NCBI GenBank assembly: GCA_964016885.1
Contig: OZ024757.1
Coordinates: forward strand, 35,650,001 to 35,714,000
Direction of reading: 5' to 3'
Length of the DNA stretch: 64,000 bases
Source of the DNA: Eledone cirrhosa
Taxonomy: Eukaryota
The notes below the pieces were generated by a model. It had not been told where the DNA came from. It saw only the letters and a list, made by a program, of their open reading frames with translations, and did not search any database. Numbering within the stretch: position 1 is the stretch's first letter; each line of letters begins with the position of its first letter. Position numbers and translations under genes: made by a program. Below, piece after piece: positions 53,774 through 64,000 of this stretch.

Positions 53774-56700
53774 TTATTAGCCACAGGGGCAGAGATGTCC
53801 ATAACATTACATGTCAGAATTATTAGCCACAGGGGCAGAGATGTCCATAACATTACATGTCAGAATTATTAGCCACAGGGACAGAGATGTCCATAACATT
53901 ACATGTCAGAATTATTAGCCAGAGGGGCAGAGATGTCCATAACATTACATGTCAGAATTATTAGCCACAGGGGCAGAGATGTCCATAACATTACATGACA
54001 GATTTATTAGCCACAGGGGCAGAGATGTCCATAACACTACATGTCAGAATTATTAGCCACAGGGGCAGAGATGTCCATAACATTACATTACATAATTATT
54101 AGCCACAGGGGCAGAGATGTCCATAACATTACATGACAGAATTATTAGCCACAGGGGCAGAGATGTCCATAACATTACATGACAATTATTAGCCCCAAGG
54201 GCAGATATGTCCATAACATTACTTGACAGACTTTCATCTCGCGCCCTCTCTCTCGTTTCATCTCGCGCTCTCTCTCTTCCTCGCTCTCGTTTCATCTCGC
54301 TCTCTCTCTCTCGTTTCATCTCGCGTTAACTCTCTTCCTCTCTCTCGTTTCATCTCGCTCTCTCTCTCTCGTTTCATCTCTGTCTTCCTCTCTCTCGTTC
54401 CATCTCTCTCTTCCTCTCTCTCGTTCCATCTCTCTCTTCCTCTCTCTCGTTTCATCTCTCTCTCTCGTTTCATCTCTATCTCCCTCGTTTCATCTGTCTC
54501 TCTCTCTGTCGTTTCATCTCCCTCTAACTCTCTCTCGCTCTCTCGTTTCATCTCTCTCTCCCTCTCGTTTCATCTCGCTCTCTCTCTCCTGTTTCATCTC
54601 GCTCTCTCTCTCCTGTTTCATCTCGCTTTCTCTCTCCTGTTTCATCTCGCTCTCTACTCTCGTTTCCTCTCTCTCATATCCTCTCTCTCGTTTCCTCTCT
54701 CTCTCGTTTCCTCTCTCTCTCGTTTCCTCTAGCTCTCACTCTCTCGTTTCATCTCGCTCTCTCTCTCTCATTTCATCTCGCTCTCTCTCTCTCTCGTTTC
54801 ATCTCGCTCTCTCTGTCTCGTTTCATTTCGCTCTCTCTCTCTCTCATTTCATCTCGCTATCTCTATCTCGTTTCATCCCGCTCTCTCTGTCTCGTTTCAT
54901 CTCGCTCTCTCTCTCTCATTTCATCTCGCTCTCTCTCTCTCATTTCATCTCGCTCTCTCTCTCTCTCTCGTTTCATCTCGCTCTCACTCTCTCATTTCAT
55001 CTCGCTCTCTCTCTCTCGTTTGATCTCGCTCTCACTCTATCTTCCTCTCTCTCTCTTGTTTCAACACTCTAATCCCTCACTTGTTTCATCTCTCTCAGAT
55101 TTATTAGCCACAGGGGCAGAGATGTCCATAACATTACATGACGAATTTATTAGCCACAGGGGCAGAGATGTCCATAACATTACATGACAGAATTATTAGC
55201 CACAGGGGCAGAGATGTCCATAACATTACATGACATAATTATTAGCCACAGGGGCAGAGATGTCCATAACATTACATGACAGAATTATTAGCCACAGGGT
55301 CAGATATGTCCATAACATTACATGACAATTATTAGCCCCAAGGGCAGATATGTCCATAACATTACATGACAGACTTTAATCTCGCGCTCTCTCACTCTCG
55401 TTTCATCTCGCCCTCTCTCTCTTCCTCTCTCTCGTTTCATCTCGATCTCTCTCTCTCTCGTTTCATCTCGCGCTCTCTCTCTTCCTCTCTCTCTTCCTCT
55501 CTCTCTTCCTCTCTCTCGTTTCATATCGCTCTCTCTCTCTCTCGTTTCATCTTTGTCTTCCTCTCTCTCGTTCCATCTCTCTCTCTTCCTCTCTCTCTCT
55601 TTCCATCTCTCTCTCGTTTCATCTAGCTCTCACTCTCTCGTTTCATCTCGCTCTCTCTGTCTCGTTCCATCTCGCTCTCACTCTCTCGTTTCATCTCGCT
55701 CTCTCGTTTCATCTCTATCTCCCTCGTTTCATCTGTCTCTCTCTCTGTCGTTTCATCTCCCTCTATCTCTCTCTCGCTCTCGCGTTTCATCTCTCCCTCC
55801 CTCTCGTTTCATCTAGCTCACACTCTCTCGTTTCATCTCGCTCTCTCTGTTTCGTTCCATCTCGCTCTCACTCTCTCGTTTCATCTCGCTCTCTCTGTCT
55901 CTCATTTCATCTCGATCTCTCTGTCTCGTTTCATCCCGCTCTCTCTGTCTCGTTTCATCTCGCTCTCTCTCTCTCTCATTTCATCTCGCTCTCTCTCTCA
56001 TTTCATCTCGCTCTCTCTCTCTCTCTCTCGTTTCATCTCACTCTCACTCTCTCATTTCATCTCGCTCTCTCTCTCTCGTTTCATCACGCGCTCTCTCTCT
56101 TCCTCTCTCTCGTTCCATCTCTCTCTTCCTCTCTCTCGTTCCATCTCTCTCTTCCTCTCTCTCGTTTCATCTCTCTCTCTCGTTTCATCTCTATCTCCCT
56201 CGTTTCATCTGTCTCTCTCTCTGTCGTTTCATCTCCCTCTATCTCTCTCTCGCTCTCTCGTTTCATCTCTCTCTCCCTCTCGTTTCATCTCGCTCTCTCT
56301 CTCCTGTTTCATCTCGCACTCTCTCTCTCTTGTTTCATCTCGCTCTCTACTCTCGTTTCCTCACTCTCGTTTCATGTAGCTCTCACTCTCTCGTTTCATC
56401 TCGCTCTCTCTCTCTCATTTCATCTCGCTCTCTCTCTCTCGTTTCATCTCGCTCTCTCTGTCTCGTTTCATCTCGCTCTCTCTGTCTCTCATTTCATCTC
56501 GCTCTCTCTGTCTCGTTTCATCCCACTCTCTCTGTCTCGTTTCATCTCGCTCTCTCTCTCTCATTTCATCTCGCTCTCCCTCTCTCATTTCATCTCGCTC
56601 TCTCTCTCTCGTTTCATCTCGTTCTCACTCTCTCATTTCATCTCGCTCTCTCTCTCTCTCATTTCATCTCGCTCTCTCTCTCTCGTTTGAACTCGCTCTC

Positions 56701-59700
56701 ACTCTCTCTTCCTCTCTCTCTCTTGTTTCAACACTTTAATCCCTCACTTGTTTCATCTCTCTCTAATCCCTCAATTGTTTCATCTCTCTCAGAATTATTA
56801 GCCACAGGGGCAGAGATGTCCATAACGTTACATGTCAGAATTATTAGCCACAGGGGCAGAGATGTCCATAACATTACATGACAGAATTATTAGCCACAGG
56901 GGCAGAGATGTCCATAACATTACATGACAGATTTATTAGCCACAGGGGCAGAGATGTCCATAACATTACATGACGAATTTATTAGCCACAGGGGCAGAGA
57001 TGTCCATAACATTACATGACAGAATTATTAGCCACAGGGGCAGAGATGGCCATAACATTACATGACAGAATTATTAGCCACAGGGGCAGAGATGTCCATA
57101 ACATTACATGACAATTATTAGCCCCCAGGGCAGATATGTCCATAACATTACATGACAGACTTTCATCTCGCGCTCTCTCGTTTCATCTCGCGCTCTCTCT
57201 CTTCCTCTCTCTCGTTTCATCTCACTCTCTCTCTCTCTCTCGTTTCATCTCGCACTCTCTCTCTTCCTCTCTCTCGTTTTATCTTGCTCTCTCTCTCTCT
57301 CGTTTCATCTCTGTCTTCCTCTCTCTCGTTCCATCTCTCTCTTCCTCTCTCTTGTTTCATCTCTCTCTCTCGTTTCATCTCTATCTCCCTCGTTTCATCT
57401 GTCTCTCTCTCTGTCGTTTCATCTCCATCTATCTCTCTCTCGCTCTCTCGTTTCATCTCTCTCTCCCTCTCGTTTCATCTCGCTCTCTCTCTCCTGTTTC
57501 ATCTCGCTCTCTCTCTCCTGTTTCATCTCGCTCTCTACTCTCGTTTCCTCTCTCTCGTATCCTCTCTCTCGTTTCCTCACTCTCTCGTTTCATCTCGCTC
57601 TCTCTCTCTCGTTTCATCTCGCTCTCTCTGTCTCTCATTTCATCTCGCTCTCTCTGTCTCGTTTCATCCCACTCTCTCTGTCTCGTTTCATCTCGCTCTC
57701 TCTCTCTCATTTCATCTCGCTCTCCCTCTCTCATTTCATCTCGCTCTCTCTCTCTCGTTTCATCTCGTTCTCACTCTCTCATTTCATCTCGCTCTCTCTC
57801 TCTCTCATTTCATCTCGCTCTCTCTCTCTCGTTTGAACTCGCTCTCACTCTCTCTTCCTCTCTCTCTCTTGTTTCAACACTTTAATCCCTCACTTGTTTC
57901 ATCTCTCTCTAATCCCTCAATTGTTTCATCTCTCTCAGAATTATTAGCCACAGGGGCAGAGATGTCCATAACGTTACATGTCAGAATTATTAGCCACAGG
58001 GGCAGAGATGTCCATAACATTACATGACAGAATTATTAGCCACAGGGGCAGAGATGTCCATAACATTACATGACAGATTTATTAGCCACAGGGGCAGAGA
58101 TGTCCATAACATTACATGACGAATTTATTAGCCACAGGGGCAGAGATGTCCATAACATTACATGACAGAATTATTAGCCACAGGGGCAGAGATGGCCATA
58201 ACATTACATGACAGAATTATTAGCCACAGGGGCAGAGATGTCCATAACATTACATGACAATTATTAGCCCCCAGGGCAGATATGTCCATAACATTACATG
58301 ACAGACTTTCATCTCGCGCTCTCTCGTTTCATCTCGCGCTCTCTCTCTTCCTCTCTCTCGTTTCATCTCACTCTCTCTCTCTCTCTCGTTTCATCTCGCA
58401 CTCTCTCTCTTCCTCTCTCTCGTTTTATCTTGCTCTCTCTCTCTCTCGTTTCATCTCTGTCTTCCTCTCTCTCGTTCCATCTCTCTCTTCCTCTCTCTTG
58501 TTTCATCTCTCTCTCTCGTTTCATCTCTATCTCCCTCGTTTCATCTGTCTCTCTCTCTGTCGTTTCATCTCCATCTATCTCTCTCTCGCTCTCTCGTTTC
58601 ATCTCTCTCTCCCTCTCGTTTCATCTCGCTCTCTCTCTCCTGTTTCATCTCGCTCTCTCTCTCCTGTTTCATCTCGCTCTCTACTCTCGTTTCCTCTCTC
58701 TCGTATCCTCTCTCTCGTTTCCTCACTCTCTCGTTTCATCTCGCTCTCTCTCTCTCATTTCATCTCGCTCTTTCTGTCTCGTTTCATTTCGCTCTCTCTC
58801 TCATTTCATCTCGCTCTCTCTGTCTCGTTTCATCCCGCTCTCTCTGTCTCGTTTCCTCTCGCTCTCTCTCTCTCATTTCATCTCGCTCCCTCTCTCTCAT
58901 TTCATCTCGCTCTCTCTCTCTCGTTTCATCTCGCTCTCACTCTCTCATTTCATCTCGCTCTCTCTCTCTCTCGTTTCATATCGCTCTCACTCTCTCTTCC
59001 TCTCTCTCTCTTGTTTCAACACTCTAATCCCTCACTTGTTTCATCTCTCTCTTATCCCTCACTTGTTTCATCTCTCTCAGAATTATTAGCCACAGGGGCA
59101 GAGATGTCCATAACATTACATGACATAATTATTAGCCACAGGGGCAGAGATGTCCATAACATTACATGACAGGATTATTAGCCACACCGGCAGATATGTC
59201 CATAACATTACATGACAATTATTAGCCCCAAGGGCAGATATGTCCATAACATTACATGACAGACTTTCATCTCGCGCTCTCTCTCTCTCGTTTCATCTCG
59301 CGCTCTCTCTCTTCTTCTCTCTCGTTTCATCTCGCTCTCTCTCGTTTCATCTCGCGCTCTCTCTCGTCTTCTCTCTCGTTTCATCTCGCCCTCTCTCTCT
59401 CTCGTTTCATCTTTGTCTTCCTCTCTCTCGTTCCATCTCTGTCTTCCTCTCTCTCTCGTTCCATCTCTCTCTCGTTTCATCTAGCTCTCACTCTCTCGTT
59501 TCATCTTGCTCTCTCTGTCTCGTTTCATCTCGCTCTCACACTCTCGTTTCACCTCTATCTCCCTCGTTTCATCTCTCTCTCTCTCTGTCGTTTCATCTCC
59601 CTCTATCTCTCTCTCGCTCTCTCGTTTCATCTCTACCTCCCTCTCGTTTCATCTCGCTCTCTCACTCCTGTTTCATCTCGCTCTCTCTCTCCTGTTTCAT

Positions 59701-62700
59701 CTCGCTCTCTACTCTCGTTCCATCTCTCTCTCGTTTCATCTAGCTCTCACTCTCTCGTTTCATCTCGCTCTCTCTGTCTCGTTCCATCTCGCTCTCACTC
59801 TCTCGTTTCATCTCGCTCTCTCTGTCTCTCATTTCATCTCGATCTCTCTGTCTCTCATTTCAGCTCGATCTCTCTGTCTCGTTTCTTCCCGCTCTCTCTC
59901 TCGTTTCATCTCACTCTCTCTCTCTCATTTCATCTCGCTCTCTCTCTCTCATTTCATCTCGCTCTCTCTCTCTCTCGTTTCATCTCACTCTCACTCTCTC
60001 ATTTCAACTCGCTCTCTCTCTCTCATTTCATCTCGCGCTCTCTCTCTTCCTCTCTCTCGTTTCATCTCGCTCTCTCTCTCTCTCTCGTTTCATCACGCGC
60101 TCTCTCTCTCTTCCTCTCTCTCTCTCTCTCTCGTTTCATCTCTGTCTTCCTCTCTCTCGTTCCATCTCTCTCTTCCTCTCTCTCGTTCCATCTCTCTCTT
60201 CCTCTCTCTCGTTTCATCTCTCTCACTCGTTTCATCTCTATCTCCCTCGTTTCATCTGTCTCTCTCTGTCGTTTCATCTCCCTCTATCTCTCTCTCGCTC
60301 TCTCGTTTCATCTCTCTCTCCCTCTCGTTTCATCTCGCTCTCTCTGTCCTGTTTCATCTCGCTCTCTCTCTCTCCTGTTTCATCTTGCTCTCTACTCTCG
60401 TTTCCTCTCTCTCGTTTCCTCTCTCTCGTTTCCTCTCTCTCTCGTTTCCTCTCTCTCTCGTTTCATCTCGCTCTCACTCTCTCGTTTCATCTCGCTCTCT
60501 CTCTCTTATTTCATCTCGCTCTCTCTCTCTCGTTTCATCTCGCTCTCTCTGTCTCGTTTCATCTCGCTCTCTCTCTCTCTCATTTCATCTCGCTCTCTCT
60601 GTCTCGTTTCATCCCGCTCTCTCTGTCTCGTTTCATCTCGCTCTCTCTCTCTCATTTCATCTCGCTCTCTCTCTCTCATTTCATCTCGCTCTCTCTCTCT
60701 CTCGTTTGATCTCGCTCTCACTCTCTCTTCCTCTCTCTCTTGTTTCAACACTCTAATCCCTCACTTGTTTCATCTCTCTCTTATCCCTCACTTGTTTCAT
60801 CTCTCTCAGAAATATTAGCCACAGGGGCAGAGATGTCCATAACATTACATGACATAATTATTAGCCACAGGGGCAGAGATGTCCATAACATTACATGACA
60901 GGATTATTAGCCACAGGGGCAGATATGTCCATAACATTACATGACAGACTTTCATCTCGCGCTCTCTCTCTCTCGTTTCATCTCGCGCTCTCTCTCTTCC
61001 TCTCGTTTCATCTCGCTCTCTCTCTCTCTCTCTCGTTTCATCTCGCTCTCTCTCTCTCTCTCGTTTCATCTCGCGCTCTCTCTCTTCCTCTCTCTCGGTC
61101 CATCTCTCTCTTCCTCTCTCTCTCGTTCCATCTCTCTCTCGTTTCATCTATCTCTCACTCTCTCGTTTCATCTTGCTCTCTCTGTCTCGTTTCATCTCGC
61201 TCTCACTCTCTCGTTTCATCTCTATCTCCCTCGTTTCATCTCTCTCTCTCTCTGTCGTTTCATCTCCCTCTATCTCTCCCTCGCTCTCTCGTTTCATCTC
61301 TACCTCCCTCTCGTTTCATCTCGCTCTCTCACTCCTGTTTCATCTCGCTCTCTCTCTCCTGTTTCATCTCGCTCTCTACTCTCGTTCCATCTCTCTCTCG
61401 TTTCATCTAGCTCTCACTCTCTCGTTTCATCTCACTCTCTCTGTCTCGTTCCATCTCGCTCTCACTCTCTCGTTTCATCTCGCTCTCTCTATCTCTCATT
61501 TCATCTCGATCTCTCTGTCTCTCATTTCATCTCGATCTCTCTGTCTCGTTTCGTCCCGCTCTCTCTCTCTCGTTTCATCTCGCTCTCTCTCTCTCATTTC
61601 ATCTCGCTCTCTCTCTCTCATTTCATCTCGCTCTCTCTCTCTCTCTCTCGTTTCATCTCACTCTCACTCTCTCATTTCAACTCGCTCTCTCTCTCTCGTT
61701 TCATCTCTCGCTCTCTCTCTTCCTCTCTCTCGCTTCATCTCGCTCTCTCTCTCTCTCTCGTTTCATCACGCGCGCTCTCTCTTCCTCTCTCTCGTTTCAT
61801 CTCTCTCTCTCTCCCTCGTTTCATCTATGTCTTCCTCTCTCTCGTTCCATCTCTCTCTTCCTCTCTCTCGTTCCATCTCTCTCTTCCTCTCTCTCGTTTC
61901 ATCTCTATCTCCCTCGTTTCATCTGTCTCTCTCTCTGTCGTTTCATCTCCCTCTATCTCTCTCTCGCTCTCTCGTTTCATCTCTCTCTCCCTCTCGTTTC
62001 ATCTCGCTCTCTCTCTGTCTTGTTTCATCTCGCTCTCTCTCTCTCTCCTGTTTCATCTCGCTCTCTACTCTCGTTTCCTCTCTCTCATTTCCTCTCTCTC
62101 GTTTCCACTCTCTCGTTTCCTCTCTCTCTCGTTTCCTCTCTCTCTCGTTTCATCTAGCTCTCACTCTCTCGTTTCATCTCGCTCTCTCTCTCTCATTTCA
62201 TCTCGCTCTCTCTCTCTCGTTTCATCTCGCTCTCTCTGTCTCGTTTCATCTCGCTCTCTCTCTCTCTCTCATTTCATCTCGCTCTCTCTGTCTCGTTTCA
62301 TCCCGCTCTCTCTGTCTCGTTTCATCTCGCTCTCTCTCTCTCTCATTTCATCTCGCTCTCTCTCTCTCATTTCATCTCGTTCTCTCTCTCTCGTTTCATC
62401 TCGCTCTCACTCTCTCATTTCATCTCGCTCTCTCTCTCTCGTTTGATCTCGCTCTCACTCTCTCTTCCTCTCTCTCACTTGTTTCAACACTTTAATCCCT
62501 CACTTGTTTCATCTCTCTCTAATCCCTCACTTGTTTCATCTCTCTTAGAATTATTAGCCACAGGGGCAGAGATGTCCATAACATTACATGACAGATTTAT
62601 TAGCCACAGGGGCAGAGATGTCCATAACATTACATGACGAATTTATTACCCACAGGGGCAGAGATGTCCATAACATTACATGACAGAATTATTAGCCACA

Positions 62701-64000
62701 GGGGCAGAGATGTCCATAACATTACATGACAGAATTATTAGCCACAGGGGCAGAGATGGCCATAACATTACATGACAGAATTATTAGCCACAGGGGCAGA
62801 GATGTCCATAACATTACATGACAATTATTAGCCCCTAGGGCAGATATGTCCATAACATTACATGACAGACTTTCATCTCGCGCTCTCTCTCGTTTCATCT
62901 CGCGCTCTCTCTTCCTCTCTCTCGTTTCATCTCACTCTCTCTCTCTCTCGTTTCATCTCGCACTCTCTCTCTTCCTCTCTCTCGTTTCATCTTGCTCTCT
63001 CTCTCTCTCGTTTCATCTCTGTCTTCCTCTCTCTCGTTCCATCTCTCTCTTCCTCTCTCTCGTTCCATCTCTCTATTCCTCTCTCTCGTTTCATCTCTCT
63101 CTCTCGTTTCATCTCTATGTCCCTCGTTTCATCTGTCTCTCTCTCTGTCGTTTCATCTCCCTCTATCTCTCTCTCGCTCTCTCGTTTCATCTCTCTCTCC
63201 CTCTCGTTTCATCTCGCTCTCTCTCTCTCCTGTTTCATCTCGCTCTCTCTCTCCTGTTTCATCTCTCTCTCTACTCTCGTTTCCTCTCTCTCGTTTCCTC
63301 TCTCTCTCCTTTCCTTTCTCTCTCGTTTCATCTAGCTCTCAATCTCTCGTTTCATCTCGCCCTCTCTGTCTCGTTCCATCTCGCTCTCACTCTCTCCTTT
63401 CATCTCGCTCTCTCTCTCTCTCATTTCATCTCGCTCTCTCTCTCTCGTTTCATCTCGTTCTCTCTGTCTCGTTTCATCTCGCTCTCGCTCTCTCTGTCTC
63501 GTTTCATCCCGCTCTCTCTGTCTCGTTTCATCTCGCTCTCTCTCTCTCTCGCTTGATCTCGCTCTCACTCTCTCTTCCTCTCTCTTGTTTCAACACTCTA
63601 ATCCCTCACTTGTTTCATCTCTCTCTAATCCCTCACTTGTTTCATTTCTCTCAGAATTATTAACCACAGGGGCAGAGATGTCCATAACATTACAGGTCAG
63701 AATTATTAGCCACAGGGGCAGAGATGTCCATAACATTACATGACAGATTTATTAGCCACAGGGGCAGAGATGTCCATAACATTACATGACAGATTTATTA
63801 GCCATAGGGGCAGATATGCCCATAACATTACATGTCAGAATTATTAGCCACAGGGGCAGAGATGTCCATAACATTACATGACAGAATTATTAGCCACAGG
63901 GGCAGAGATGTGCATAACATTACATGACAGAATTATTAGCCACAGGGGCAGAGATGTCCATAACATTACATGACAATTATTAGCCCCAGGGGCAGATATG
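53774..64000 (-). repeat. Compound satellite, CT orientation (second palindrome, right arm, running off the window)
   Basis: Same inverted 46-mer and CT blocks. Confidence 0.97.

Noticed and set aside
29687-63663. Very long Ser/Leu-rich ORFs (up to 972 aa at 50583-53501) and Arg/Glu-rich ORFs
   Set aside because: The CT strand is depleted of stop codons by composition, several frames are open at once, and frame is not conserved between units.

Overview
AT-rich animal genomic DNA made almost entirely of repeats. The SINE families and the very long (TA)n tracts resemble octopus/cephalopod DNA (inference, not verified). I find no intact protein-coding or RNA gene; nearly all long ORFs in the track are artefacts of low-complexity sequence. 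The first 29.5 kb is a mosaic of decayed mobile elements: an RTE LINE 3' end with partner SINEs, tRNA-headed SINEs, six CRE-like endonuclease fragments, hAT ends, three long inverted-repeat (foldback) structures, 34/40/55/61-bp tandem arrays, local segmental duplications and two copies of an internally deleted Helitron. From 29.5 kb to the end lies a compound satellite in which blocks of a 46-bp minisatellite alternate with GAGATGAAAC-punctuated GA blocks. It flips orientation twice, at two sequence-identical fold-back junctions (~36540 and ~53770). The first palindrome is bracketed by two divergently oriented Helitron 5' regions. This Helitron-satellite palindrome, together with fold-back structures at every scale from 31 bp to ~18 kb, is the most notable signal. 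Coordinates were read by eye and boundaries are approximate.
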